DNA of 63,575 nt, counting the filler, from Octopus bimaculoides (taxonomy: Eukaryota), in the NCBI RefSeq assembly GCF_001194135.2. It is 5 parts of 5 records of this genome, joined end to end, with 100 filler letters (N's around TTAATTAATTAA, not from the genome) between each part and the next. Parts side by side here need not be neighbours in the genome. Positions count along the whole stretch, not along the records: positions 1 to 30,969 come from NC_068983.1; 4 more parts are not named here. One strand, written 5' to 3'. Under the pieces are notes generated by a model. The model did no database searches. It was not told the DNA's origin and was given only the letters and a program-made list of their open reading frames with translations. The position numbers and the translations under genes were made by a program. This document shows positions 1 through 13,183 of this stretch, piece by piece. Within the stretch, counting starts at the first letter, position 1, and every line of letters begins with the position of its first letter.

Positions 1-856
1 ATCTAGGGCCGTATGTACAACTGTTGTCTCGTATCAACTGTGAATGAAGGATACATGTGTATATTTTCAACCAACTGAGCCAAAAACATTGAATATGTTT
101 ATTCACTGTAATTTCATAGATATTCTATATTAACTCATGAAATATCTTGTGCACAGTAATGCCTCAATATACGAATTAATTCATTCATGGACACTGCTCA
201 TAAAGTGAAAAATCATAAAGCAGAGCAATAATTTCCTATAGTAGCAGTGTTACAAATCGTAATTTGTTTCCATAGAAATATTTTACCTATAAAATTTATA
301 ATACTCCTAAATAAATGGCAATAAAACAACAGTAGAATGTAAAGAATATTTTATGCAAAGTAAAAAGAATGTCAAGACCACTTATAGCAAAAGATATTAT
401 TATCATAATCGTTTTCTGAATCACTTTCATTTGCACTAGACTTGCACACACTATCACTTGAAGACATGATCTCCGATTCACAAGCACCTGTGGATGAACT
501 TCCAGATTTCTTTTTAGAAACAAGTCTCGAGCTGTTTGCTCAGAAGAAGCTTTTTTTTTGCTCGCTATAAATTTTTCAGTGACACACAGAAGCATCCTCA
601 TAACTTAGTGGGTTTGAATAAGAGACTGATATAATAATTACCAGGCTTTAAAAAGTAAGTACTGGAATCAATTCATTCAGCTAAAACCCTTCAAGGTGAT
701 GTCCCCACATGGCTACAGTCCAATGACTGGAACAGATAAAGGGTAAGAGATAAAAGATAGTGCACACATGAGAACAAACTTCTGATATATTCTATAATAA
801 GCTATTAGTTTCTGGGCACTGTATACTTTTCACATTCCTAGATTGTTTTCCCTTTA

Positions 857-1004
857 GCACGCCGGGCAAAATGCTTCACGGTATTTCGTCTGCTGTTACA
901 TTCTGAGTTCAAATTCCACCAAGGTCGACTTTGCTTTTCATCCTTTCGGGATTGATTAAATAAGTACCAGTTATGCATTGAGGTCGATGTAATTGACTTA
1001 ATCC
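857..1004 (+). mobile_element. SINE family B copy truncated by a gap
   Basis: Matches 3020-3170. Confidence 0.8.
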
Positions 1005-1484
1005 NNNNNNNNNNNNNNNNNNNNNNNNNNNNNNNNNNNNNNNNNNNNNNNNNNNNNNNNNNNNNNNNNNNNNNNNNNNNNNNNNNNNNNNNNNNNNNNN
1101 NNNNNNNNNNNNNNNNNNNNNNNNNNNNNNNNNNNNNNNNNNNNNNNNNNNNNNNNNNNNNNNNNNNNNNNNNNNNNNNNNNNNNNNNNNNNNNNNNNNN
1201 NNNNNNNNNNNNNNNNNNNNNNNNNNNNNNNNNNNNNNNNNNNNNNNNNNNNNNNNNNNNNNNNNNNNNNNNNNNNNNNNNNNNNNNNNNNNNNNNNNNN
1301 NNNNNNNNNNNNNNNNNNNNNNNNNNNNNNNNNNNNNNNNNNNNNNNNNNNNNNNNNNNNNNNNNNNNNNNNNNNNNNNNNNNNNNNNNNNNNNNNNNNN
1401 NNNNNNNNNNNNNNNNNNNNNNNNNNNNNNNNNNNNNNNNNNNNNNNNNNNNNNNNNNNNNNNGATGAATTTATGTTATGAGAC

Positions 1485-1594
1485 AGATCTGATGTATTTG
1501 AAGAGATCTGATGTATTTGAAGAGATCTGATGTATTTGAAGAGATCTGATGTATTTGAAGAGATCTGATGTATTTGAAGAGATCTGATGTATTT
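1485..1594. repeat. 19-bp minisatellite (agatctgatgtatttgaag) x ~5.8
   Basis: Five perfect units plus a partial unit, counted directly. Confidence 0.95.
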
Positions 1595-1609
1595 TTGCTT
1601 TTTTTGCTT

Positions 1610-1813
1610 TTATTGTACTTGCTTCAGTTATTAGATTGTGGTAATGCAGGGGCACTGCCTTGAAGAGTTTAATCAAACAAATAGTTCCAAATACTTATTT
1701 TTAAGCTTGGTATCTATTTGTTGGTGCCTTTTGCTGAATTGCTAAGTTATAAGGATATAAACAAACCAACACCAGTTGTCAAGCAGTGGTGGAGAGAAAC
1801 ACAAAGACACATA

Positions 1814-1862
<49 letters not shown>

Positions 1863-2120
1863 ACACACACATATGTGTGTATATGCATATGTGTGTATAT
1901 GCATATATGTGTACAACAAGCTACTTTCAGTTTCCATCTACCTCTGAGATTTCCTGAAGATCTTGTACTTCTTGCTGTGGTGGTAGATTTTCAGTTCAAA
2001 TCCACTCACACAGCTTTGGTCAGCCTGATGCTATAGTAGAAGACACTTGCCCCGAATACCATGCAGTGACACCAAAGCAAAACCATGTGGCTGGGAAACA
2101 AACTTTTTAACCCTACAGTC
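1610..2120 (-). mobile_element. SINE family A copy with a ~55-nt internal insertion
   Basis: Reverse-complement match to family A. Confidence 0.75.
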
Positions 2121-2837
2121 ATTTGACAACATTTTCACTTCCTATTGGTGTGTGGGTTTCTGTTTAAGATCTTGTGTTATAAAATTGTTTGAAATTCTCA
2201 GTAAACAAGAGTGCAACTTTTTATATCTCCAATAATGAAGTAGGAGAAGGAAAACTGAGAAGCAAAATGTCAGTTTTGCCAGTAAAAATACACAATAAGT
2301 CTTTAATGCACTGAAACTATAAAAAGTAATTTGTATTCAATAATAAAAATGTTACTATAGTACTGTTTCACTTCCTTAAAATTTTAAATGTTTCAATTTT
2401 TCAAAGATAAAAATGTAATTACAAATGCAAACAAAATATATTTATATACTTGTATTTACATACATAGTCATCATTTAAATTGGAAATATTGTGAGAATGT
2501 GACAAAGTACTCGTGTTTATTTTATACCTTCCCCTTTCTCACTATACTCTCTCATACTGTCTTTTTCTTTCGTTTTCTCACACTTTCTCCTTTCCCTGTC
2601 AACTAGTCTTTCTCACATAATGAAGTGAAAGAGGAAGAGGAGATAAGAACAGAAAAGTGCGTGATAGATGGCTGCTTTATTAGTCAGTTATAAAGAGAAG
2701 AGTCATAAATATGTGTAATGAAACAAAACTCAAATATGGATGAGACCCCACTTCATCGATTCATTGGAAAAGCTAACAGATAACAATTCATTGAAAAAGT
2801 TAATGGGCTAATCAGACTATATCCATCCATCCGCCCT

Positions 2838-3245
2838 CATAGGCACAGGTATTGATGGGCAGTTGAGAAACTTGCTTCCCAGTCATGTAGTCTAGGATTC
2901 AGTCCTACAGCACAGCCTTTTAGATAATATCTTTTATCATAGCGTCAGGCTAATCAAAACTGCATGAGTGGATTTGGTTGACAGAAACTGAAAGAAGGCA
3001 GCGAGCTGGCAGAAACGTTGGCACGCCGGGTGAAATGCTTAGCGGTATTTCGTCTGCTGTTACGTTCTGAGTTCAAATTCCGCCCAGGTCGACTTTGCCT
3101 TTCATCTTTTCGGGGTTGATAAATTAAGTACCAGTTAAGCACTGAGGTCGATGTAATCAACTTAATCACTTTGTTGTTGTTTGTCCCCTTTATGTTTAGC
3201 CCCTTGTGGGCAATAAAGAAATAAGAAACTGAAAGAAGCCTCTCT

Positions 3246-3286
<41 letters not shown>

Positions 3287-3545
3287 TCCCCATGTTTTGA
3301 CATCATTAGAATGTTGTAAATGAATTCTCCTATTACACAAGTGATGTTATTTGTTTCCAGTCACCCATAAAAAAATGTGTTTGGCTATAGGGAAAAATTA
3401 CTCTGCTTGGAATCAGGTAAGGGTTAGCAACTGGAAGGGTATCCAGCCATAGAAAAAAATCTACCTTAACAAATTCTACATGACCTAAGCAAGCATGGAA
3501 AAATAAATGATGATAGCAATAATGATAATGATGATGGTGATGATG
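2838..3545 (+). mobile_element. SINE A-type head with an RTE-like (GAT)n tail, hosting a nested family B SINE
   Basis: A-type head at 2838-2997 resumes at 3224. The tail is gcaagcatggaaaa...gatgat. Confidence 0.65.
2998..3223 (+). mobile_element. tRNA-derived SINE family B, full length with 15-bp TSD
   Basis: TSD agaaactgaaagaag at 2983-2997 and 3224-3238. Conserved central block aggtcgactttgcctttcatcc...ataaattaagtaccag. Confidence 0.9.
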
Positions 3546-3699
3546 ACATATGTAGAAGCATCTTCTGCTCTACTAAACTGTTGTATTCCTCAAAACTTTG
3601 CTGTAATGCGAAATTCCATAATGAGAAACATATTTCTATGTTGCATGGAAGTAGAAAATAGATTTCAAATTACAGAATTCCACATTATGGGTTTCAAAT

Positions 3700-3910
3700 T
3701 TTGGCACAGGGTCAGCAGTTTCAAGGAGGTGGATAAGTCAATTCCATCGAACCCCAGTACTCAACTGGTACTTATTTTATCGATGCTGAAGGGATGAAAG
3801 GCAAAGTTGCTCCTGGTGGCATTTGAACTCAGAATGTAAACTTTGAATAAAAGCTGCTAAGTATTTTTCCCATCTTTGTTAGTGTGCTAACAATTCTGCC
3901 AGTTCATCGT
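3700..3910 (-). mobile_element. SINE family B-like copy
   Basis: ctggtacttattttatcg...gatgaaaggcaaagt...tttgaactcagaatgtaa. Confidence 0.65.
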
Positions 3911-4339
3911 CTTTGAATTCTACATTATTAAGTAAGACTTTCAGGAAATGCAACATTGGCTATTCTACATTATGTTGGGGTTGAACGATGGAGGAAATGT
4001 CTGTGTATAAGTCTGTATCTTTCTCTATGTGTGTGTGTGTGTGTGTGTGTAGGAATATGTGTTTGTATGTTGTTGAGGACCATCTATTGATTGATGTACA
4101 TAGATCTACATATACATGCCTTAGTGTGTGTGTGTGTGCAAGGTATATGTTAACGTGCATTTGGGTCTGGTGTTATGTCTCCAGGAAGAGCATTAACTTG
4201 TTGACTGATGTATATGATTCTGTATTTGCATGTGGAATGTAATCTATTGACTTCCTGCAATGTCTTTGTCTCGTTTTCTTTTCCCTTAAATGATTCTCTT
4301 TATCTCTTTAACATTCCCTCATAAGAGAATGTTGTGTAC

Positions 4340-4685
4340 GTGCACACACACACACATGCACACACGCAGACATACACACACACAGACACACACAAATGTG
4401 CACATATGCACAGGCACAAATATGCAAGCTTGCAGACATACTAGCATACACACACACACTCACACACACAAATATGCATGCATGCAGACATACAGACACA
4501 CACACAATTTGCATGCATGCACACATACAAGTGTATGCGCACACATACAAGTGTATGTGCACACATGCAAGCGTATGCACACACATACGCACACACAAAC
4601 ATGCACACACATAGAAATACACACACACAAACTCGCACACACACTCCTACACACATGCACACACTCACACACACACATGCACACT

Positions 4686-4716
<31 letters not shown>
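4340..4716. repeat. Degenerate (CA)n tract
   Basis: Direct inspection. Confidence 0.9.
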
Positions 4717-4717
<1 letters not shown>

Positions 4718-5084
4718 TTCTCCCTTTTTTTCTGTCACACTGTCTTTTCCTATTTTTTCCCTCCTTTCACCTTTGCAGTTGTGCTTTGTCGGCCTTTCTT
4801 NNNNNNNNNNNNNNNNNNNNNNNNNNNNNNNNNNNNNNNNNNNNNNNNNNNNNNNNNNNNNNNNNNNNNNNNNNNNNNNNNNNNNNNNNNNNNNNNNNNN
4901 NNNNNNNNNNNNNNNNNNNNNNNNNNNNNNNNNNNNNNNNNNNNNNNNNNNNNNNNNNNNNNNNNNNNNNNNNNNNNNNNNTTAGAACATGATACATCAT
5001 TTCACAACCTTGCTAGCAAGTAGGTGGCTGGTCAAAATTTACTGTAAATTAAAAAGAGAAAGAGAAGAATATATACATATAGAC

Positions 5085-5450
5085 ACAGGAGTGACTGTGT
5101 GGTAAGTAGCTTGCTTACCAACCACATGGTTCTGGGTTCAGTCCCACTGCATGGCATCTTGAGCAAGTGTCTTCTACTATAGTCTCGGGCCGACCAAAGC
5201 CTTGTGAGTGGATTTGGTAGACGGAAACTGAAAGAAGCCTGTCGTATATACATATATAGGTGTGTGTGTGTGTGTATATGTTTGTCCCCCCAACGTCGCT
5301 TGACAACCAATGCTGTTCGGCAAAAGAGACCGATAGAATAAGTACTAGGCTTACAAAGAATAAGTCCTGGGGTCAATTTGCGCTCAACTAAAAGCAGTGC
5401 TCCAGCATGGCCGCAGTCAAAAAAACGACTGAAACGAGTAAAAGAGATAT
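5085..5450 (+). mobile_element. SINE family A copy
   Basis: Near-collinear with 6205-6595. Confidence 0.85.
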
Positions 5451-6204
5451 ATGCAAGCATGCAGACACACACACATATGTATGTATGTATGCATGTATGT
5501 ATGTATGTATGTCATTATTCAGTTTATTTCAATATTTCTCGCTAATAGAGAAAGAGCCAGTTTCTAATGCATATCCAAGGCTCCTTCATTGAAATTTCAA
5601 CATCAATAACAGGGTATTTTTGTATGTATGAATGTATGCATATGTGCAGATTTGTATGTTTAGTTTTATGTATGTATTCTCATGCATATATAGTTGCATG
5701 TCTAGCGTATATACTTAAATGATAAACTTCTGGAAAGTTTTACACATTTCTAATGATCGCTTGGATCTGTAGTCTTTGAATCAGCTTTCTCCACTCTGGT
5801 TTTGAGAAGCTTAATTTCTCAAGATTGGTATTTAGGCTGTGTGTTACATATTCCAGTGAACTTGTAAATTGGATAGAGTAGCTGTAGATTCCTCAATAGT
5901 TCAGCATAGGTATTTCCTTTTTCACTGATCTTTAGCTTTATGTATGTATGTATGTTTGTATATATGTATGTATTTATGTATAGAATTAGTTGGTGAGAGT
6001 AAAATAAGTTTGAACTTAATTTTCAGCCTTTTCATTCAGGGCAAGGCCTATGGCATTGAAAGTAGCTATGAAAGCAATCCAAATTGAGCAGTTTTGGAGG
6101 TAGAAAGGTAGAAAAGCACAGTTTGACTTGAGACATATATTTACAAAGATCACAAAGTTCGGATTACAAAATGAGGGAAAAAGATATAGAAAAAAAAATT
6201 ATTA

Positions 6205-6595
6205 GGCACGGAAGTGGCTGTGTGGTAAGTAGCTTGCTTACCAACCACATGGTTCCGGGTTCAGTCCCACTGCATGGCACCTTGGGCTAGTGTCTTGTAC
6301 TATAGCCTCGGGCTGACCAAAGCCTTGTGAGTGGATTTGGTAGACGGAAACTGAAAGAAGCCCGTCGTATATATGTATATATATTTGTTTGTGTGTCTAT
6401 GTTTGTCTCCCCAACATCGCTTCACAACCGATGCTGGTGTGTTTATGTCCCTGTAACTTAGCGGTTCGGCAAAAGAGACCGATAGAATAAGTACTAGGCT
6501 TACAAAAAATAAGTTCTGGGGTCCATTTGCTCGACTAAAGGCGGTACTCCAGTATGGCCGCAGTCAAATGACTGAAACAAGTAAAAGATAAAAGA
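6205..6595 (+). mobile_element. tRNA-derived SINE family A, reference full-length copy
   Basis: Pol III A-box-like tggctgtgtgg and B-box-like ggttcagtccc, a CORE-like ccttgggcaagtgtctt box and a central microsatellite. Many copies in the window. Confidence 0.85.
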
Positions 6596-6917
6596 GAAAT
6601 ATATGGAAAAGAANNNNNNNNNNNNNNNNNNNNNNNNNNNNNNNNNNNNNNNNNNNNNNNNNNNNNNNNNNNNNNNNNNNNNNNNNNNNNNNNNNNNNNN
6701 NNNNNNNNNNNNNNNNNNNNNNNNNNNNNNNNNNNNNNNNNNNNNNNNNNNNNNNNNNNNNNNNNNNNNNNNNNNNNNNNNNNNNNNNNNNNNNNNNNNN
6801 NNNNNNNNNNNNNNNNNNNNNNNNNNNNNNNNNNNNNNNNNNNNNNNNNNNNNNNNNNNNNNNNNNNNNNNNNNNNNNNNNNNNNNNNNNNNNNNNNNNN
6901 NNNNNNNNNNNNNNNNN

Positions 6918-6969
<52 letters not shown>

Positions 6970-6984
6970 TTACATATATACACA

Positions 6985-7145
6985 ACAGATTGCCTTCAGT
7001 TTCTGTCTACCAAATCTTCTCACAAGGCTTTTGTCAGCTTTAGTTATAGTAGAAGACACTTGCACAAGGTACTATGCAGTGGAATTGAACCTGGAACCAT
7101 GTGATTGGGAAGCAAACTTCTTATCACATGGCTACACCTGTGCCT
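6985..7145 (-). mobile_element. SINE family A 5' half
   Basis: Reverse complement of the A head and body. Confidence 0.75.
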
Positions 7146-7229
7146 ATGTATGTTTATATATTTAAATATTTTGAAATGTGGAATGGAAAATAGAGTTGTT
7201 TCTACTATAGTCACAAAACCTGAAATTTT

Positions 7230-7392
7230 TGGGGAGATATGGGCTAGTCGATTACATCAACCCCAGTGTGTAACTGGTACTTATTTCATCAACCCCAAAT
7301 GGATGAAAGGCAAAGTCAACCTCAGTGGAATTCGAACTCAGAACCTTAGGATGGGCAAAATGTTCTGCTAACGATTCTGCCAGCTCGCCACC
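7230..7392 (-). mobile_element. SINE family B copy
   Basis: gtcgattacatcaaccccagtgtgtaactggtac...gattctgccagctcgcc. Confidence 0.75.
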
Positions 7393-8248
7393 AGAGAGTT
7401 AAGAAGTTGTAAATAATGGCATGTAAATATTGGGTAAGAAAACCGCTTTTGAAAGAAATTATCGAAGGCTGTCCCACAGCTGTCCAAGGGCATTATTTTG
7501 TAACCCAGTATTTAAATGCTATTATTTGTATATTCTATTAGTATTTAGGAGAAGCAACAGAGTGACTCAAGGACTAAGAGTTTCGTGCATTAACACTTAT
7601 CCAACTAGTTAAAAGTTTAGGGGTTGTGAACATATATACTGGTGATAATGGTGTTTTCCTGGATAGTTCAGGAGCAAATTATAAAACCGATTACAGTATC
7701 ATGTGGATTATTGTTATTTTTTAAATAGTTTGCCTGCTATACTGTCCAATAGATAAATAAATACACAAATAAACATATAAAGAAAATTTGTGCATACACA
7801 TACATAAACGAGTGTGTCTGTGAATATATTCCATATATACATATACATACACACATACATATACATATATATNNNNNNNNNNNNNNNNNNNNNNNNNNNN
7901 NNNNNNNNNNNNNNNNNNNNNNNNNNNNNNNNNNNNNNNNNNNNNNNNNNNNNNNNNNNNNNNNNNNNNNNNNNNNNNNNNNNNNNNNNNNNNNNNNNNN
8001 NNNNNNNNNNNNNNNNNNNNNNNNNNNNNNNNNNNNNNNNNNNNNNNNNNNNNNNNNNNNNNNNNNNNNNNNNNNNNNNNNNNNNNNNNNNNNNNNNNNN
8101 NNNNNNNNNNNNNNNNNNNNNNNNNNNNNNNNNNNNNNNNNNNNNNNNNNNNNNNNNNNNNNNNNNNNNNNNNNNNNNNNNNNNNNNNNNNNNNNNNNNN
8201 NNNNNNNNNNNNNNNNNNNNNNNNNNNNNNNNNNNNNNNNNNNNNNNN

Positions 8249-8339
<91 letters not shown>

Positions 8340-8767
8340 AGTGATAGACACACATACTATTATTTATGATTTTATCAACTTCACATTCCACTGTTAAAAA
8401 TGATTTATTTTACGTCTCTTGAAGTTTTAAAATCCTTATGACGTAAAGAGTATATTTATTGTGCTGGAAGTTTTTTCTTAATTATATCTTTGCTTTGTAT
8501 ATCTCTGCATATTAATGTGTAGTCTAGTTTTAGTAATGAACAAGGCAAAAACTTGCTCAGAGCAAATTTAACAAGAGGTTGTATGTAGCATATTACTACT
8601 TTAAAGAAAAAAAAAACAGCGAAAAAGCAAAAAAAAAAACAGCGAAAAAGCAAAAAAAAAACATACAAAAAATAAACAAAACATGTTTCAATCTGAAGTA
8701 GACCTTAGGGTTCTTATTATACAAGAGAATGACAATTTAACTACATAAATTTGCAGTATGTATATGA

Positions 8768-8801
<34 letters not shown>

Positions 8802-9462
8802 GCACACACACTGGCACACACACTCACACACTCATGTACATACACACACACTCTCTCTCTCTCTCTCTCTCCTCTTTCGTACACTCATTCATTTTCCTAT
8901 ACACATACATCTATACTCACAAACTAGCCTTCTTTTCATGTCAGTGTTTCAATACCAGCTTGAGAGGTTGAATAGGTTTGCTACATAACATTTCTCCAGT
9001 TATTTGGCTTTTTTCTCTCCATTTATCTNNNNNNNNNNNNNNNNNNNNNNNNNNNNNNNNNNNNNNNNNNNNNNNNNNNNNNNNNNNNNNNNGGGGATGA
9101 ATAAAAAAAAATAATTAAAATAAAAATTTTTGCAAGGAAAAATATTTTAGAATACTAACTGATTCATCAAAATCTATCCTTAATGCAGCTACTGATGTAT
9201 ATCAGAACATCTTACGTCTCTGATGTTATTTTTGTTTCGACCATTTCAGTATGGTTCTGTTCTTACTGACTGCTGTCATTTTTGTGACGAGTTGTTTGAT
9301 ATCCGCCTTTCTTCTGGCTGTCAAGTCATCTTTTATCAATAAACTTATTAGGTTTAGAAGACGTTGATATATTGTGTCCTTTTATTATCTGTTTTTGACT
9401 TTACTACGTACAGATTTGTTAAGAACATTGTATATGTCTGCCTTTTTAATGTAAAATTTTAA

Positions 9463-9516
<54 letters not shown>

Positions 9517-9536
9517 CATTATTATTATTATTATTA
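9463..9536. repeat. (ATT)n microsatellite
   Basis: Direct inspection. Confidence 0.95.
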
Positions 9537-9997
9537 CTTTTTATATTTATGTCTCCACATTGCCGTATCAATTTATGCCTTCAATCAATAATGTCCTTNN
9601 NNNNNNNNNNNNNNNNNNNNNNNNNNNNNNNNNNATATATATATATATATATATATATAATCACACATATATATATAAATATATACATACAGACGTGTGT
9701 GCGTATATATGTGTATGTGTATCTATATCTATCTGTCTATCTATCTATCTGTGTGTGTGTGTGTTGTACTAGTGAATGGAAATAGTTCCTGCATAATAAT
9801 GAGGGAAAATGAAAATTACCATTTTTGTTGTCAAATGAGATACATAAATAGATCAATACAATAGTGAAAGCCAGCAGGAAGGTGTGTCTGATTTTGGTTT
9901 TAATTTAATAACTGACAATAATAAACAGTCTATGTTCTACTAAGTCAAGAATTCTTATTGGTTCCAATATTAAATTTTTATATATTTTCTTTTGCAG

Positions 9998-10046
9998 GTG
10001 AAGGAAGCTTCTATCATGTATGACTTACAGAAAGGAAGATCTCGAG
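9998..10046 (+). CDS. DAZAP1: Internal 49-nt exon of an RRM RNA-binding protein, DAZAP1/Hrb27C(hrp48)-like RRM2 (VKEASIMYDLQKGRSR-G)
   Basis: Acceptor ttttcttttgcAG (9996-9997) and donor GTTAGT (10047). The peptide ends just before the RNP1 motif (RGFGF) and matches the DAZAP1/Hrb27C pattern V-x-E-x-x-I-M-Y-D-x-x-K-x-x-S-R-G. Phase 0 in, phase 1 out. I found no other exons of this gene; they may lie in gaps or outside the window. Confidence 0.6.
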
Positions 10047-10584
10047 GTTAGTTCTTTGTAAATACAACCTGTCTCTGCCCTGTGTCATCTCTAACATCTT
10101 TCTAGCCGACTAAGATATTTCTCTATATTGCCAAGCAATCATAGATCCAATCAAATTGAATGTTCTGCATATGAGATTTTAGAGACAAAATGGGATTTTT
10201 TTCTTTCTTTATAATGAGATTTTCTTCATAACTATCTGTACCAATTGTATATTTGCTATAAATTACACTTTAGTTAACAATTAGTGAATAATATTTTTTT
10301 GCTGTTGTTTACAATGTAAATTGGTTGGAATATTAATTGCAGTCTTCGAATTGTGATAATTAGATTACGATAGAATAAGTTTAATGCTATCTTAAGGTCT
10401 AACAAATAACGAATTATTAAATAATTCACTGTTCCTGCTATAATTATTAAATTTGCTTACGTAATGTATTTTCCTTTCTTATATTAGTTTGCCACCATGT
10501 ATCTGGTTGTTAGATTCCAGCAACAGCAATAATTAATTTTCTCCTTTGGATTACATACAATACAAATCTCTGCTATCACTACTG

Positions 10585-10589
10585 CTATA

Positions 10590-10637
<48 letters not shown>

Positions 10638-10670
10638 CATATGTATATATGTACACATATATATGTGTGT

Positions 10671-10724
<54 letters not shown>

Positions 10725-11050
10725 GTATATATATACACATATATGCATACAAATATATTTGCATATGTGTATGTAAATGTTTATAGATGTGTGTGAGTGT
10801 ATGTATGTTTATATATGTACATGTGTGTGTGTTTATATATGTATATGTATAAGCATGTATGTGTGTATGTATATATATTTATATATTTGTATGTGTATGT
10901 GTATATATGTATCTATATCTCTACATGTATGTATGATTACACATGCATGCTCATATATATATTTATATATATATATATGTGTATATGTATGTATGTATGT
11001 ATGTATGTGTATATTGTATGTATATGTTGTATATATGTGTATATGTGTGT
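10585..11050. repeat. Degenerate (TA)n/(TG)n tract
   Basis: Direct inspection. Confidence 0.9.
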
Positions 11051-11389
11051 ATTTTTATGATCTCTATTGAAATTAGTTCGATCAAAGTTGACAACTTTCA
11101 AAAGTAGTGCTAAATATATTATACAAGTATTGGGTTTTATATTGTTTTATTTTTAAGAAAAATTAGCAGAAGTGTCATTTTCACTTGTCAGTCATTAGCA
11201 AGTGCAAGTCATTGAAGTTCTATTTTCGTATATCTATGCAAAAAACTCACTAACAACTCCTTAAGTCATAAGTAACATTATAGTGATGTTTATAAGCAGA
11301 TTACAAAAGGATATTTAAAGCAACTGTTGATAATATGTAGAGCTACCAGGGTTATCAACTTTACCTGATTTTCTGCATAACTTTTATCT

Positions 11390-11920
11390 TTTACTTATTT
11401 CAGTCATTAGACTGTGTCCATGCTAGGGCATCACCTTGAAGAAGTTTTAATTGAATGAATTAACCCCTGTACAATTTTTTTTTCAAAGCCTCGTACTTAT
11501 TTTATTGGTTTATTTTGCTGAACCACTAAGTTATGTTGATGTAAGCACACCAACACCTATTGTCATACAGTGGTAGAGGTAAAATGCAGACACAGATATA
11601 GATATACATACCTAGATAAATATGTATAAAGACAGGCTTCTTTCAGTTTCCATCTACCAAATTCACTCATAAAGGCTTTGTTTGGCCTGAGGCTATACAG
11701 GGTGTCCACAAAGCCTGGGTACATGAAGTAAATAAAATCATAACATAAACAATTAAATATAAGAAATAATAATTTCTTAAAGTATGTGTTAATCCCCATG
11801 TATCCAGACTTTATGGACACCCTGTAGTAGAAGACATTGCCCAAGGTGTCACACAATGGGACTGAACCCAGAACTATGTGGTTGGGAAGCAAAACTTCTT
11901 ACCACAGGGCTATGCCTTCA
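11390..11920 (-). mobile_element. SINE family A copy, host of the MITE at 11698
   Basis: Reverse-complement match to family A. Confidence 0.75.
11698..11824. mobile_element. 127-bp Tc1/mariner-type MITE inserted into a SINE at a TA site
   Basis: TIRs cagggtgtccacaaag / ctttatggacaccctg. The host SINE motif ggcTAtagtagaag is split, with TA duplicated. Confidence 0.85.
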
Positions 11921-12268
11921 CTTATTTCTACTTTAATATTTCCTTTTTTTTTATTCATTGATGGTCATTGTTTGTCACTAATTATTTGTGACCAACTTTT
12001 TACTTGCTGGTGGTATTCTGCAGACATACAAGAATACCACTTTAATAAATTGCAGTTGATAATGACCTATAGATTATTGGTCATTGTGCCAAGTTTTAAG
12101 TAAAAAAAAAAGTTTATGTATGTATGCATATATGTCTATGTATGTGCATATGTATATATGTATGTACATATGTATGTTTGAATAAAACACATATATATAT
12201 TAAACATAGAATTTTATAACATATATATATAATCTATATAAACACTTTTGTGTGTGCGTGTCTGCGTG

Positions 12269-12333
<65 letters not shown>

Positions 12334-13146
12334 GTATGTATTGTACAAGATTGCAAATCAAAGTGAAATTAATTTAAACATTAGGAAGCCTCATTAATGT
12401 TTAAATTTATATCAGTTCTTTTGAAATAACACTGTGCAGAAAATAGTTATTGTTTAATTAAGATGTTGAAAGAAAAAATATGCAAATTAGGCTATCCTCC
12501 ATAGAGATAGCCTAATTTATTACTGCCTTATACAGCAGCTGATCTGTTTGGTGAAGAAAGCCATTGTTGTGTTCTCTGAGGAGTAGTAAGCATACTGTGA
12601 AATGGTCCATTGGGAAACACTTCTTTCTTTATTTTAGGCACCTTTAGCGTTGAAAGAATGTCTTTATGTTCTTATTCAATTCCTAGCGAATCGTTGTAAT
12701 GCTTAATAATGTGTTTGGATGTGTATGTAGTTATGTATATATATACATATATATGTGTGTGTATGTATTTATGTATATATATATATATGTCTTTATATAT
12801 GTATTTGTGTGCGTGTATATACATGTGTGTGTGTAAGAATGTATATCTCTTCGAAACGCCAGTGTTATAATGGTGGCAGCTGATGAAGGAAATGTTCTCT
12901 ATGTGGCCTGTGTGTTTTCTGTACCCTGTTTATCATTTTGTCCATGTTTTTTTTACAACATCATGTACCCAAATATCCATCTATATATACATGTAGATGA
13001 AGGTATGTACATACATGTACATATATATGCATATACTCATATATTATTTGTATAAATATATACATATATAAATGTGTGTATAAGAATGTATATATATGTA
13101 TATACACATAGATATATATAAGTGTATATGTATATATATATATATG

Positions 13147-13183
<37 letters not shown>

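Noticed and set aside
296-601. 101-aa minus-strand ORF
   Set aside because: No recognisable domain; AT-rich sequence, possibly an old transposase remnant on the opposite strand.
1485-1594. CRISPR-like array
   Set aside because: Head-to-tail repeats with no spacers, in a eukaryotic context.
2725-2790. NMDETP pogo/Tigger-like motif
   Set aside because: Six-residue match with stops nearby and no TIRs; too little to call.
12851-12895. GAAAC...CUGAUGA motif as a type II hammerhead
   Set aside because: No consistent stems could be formed.
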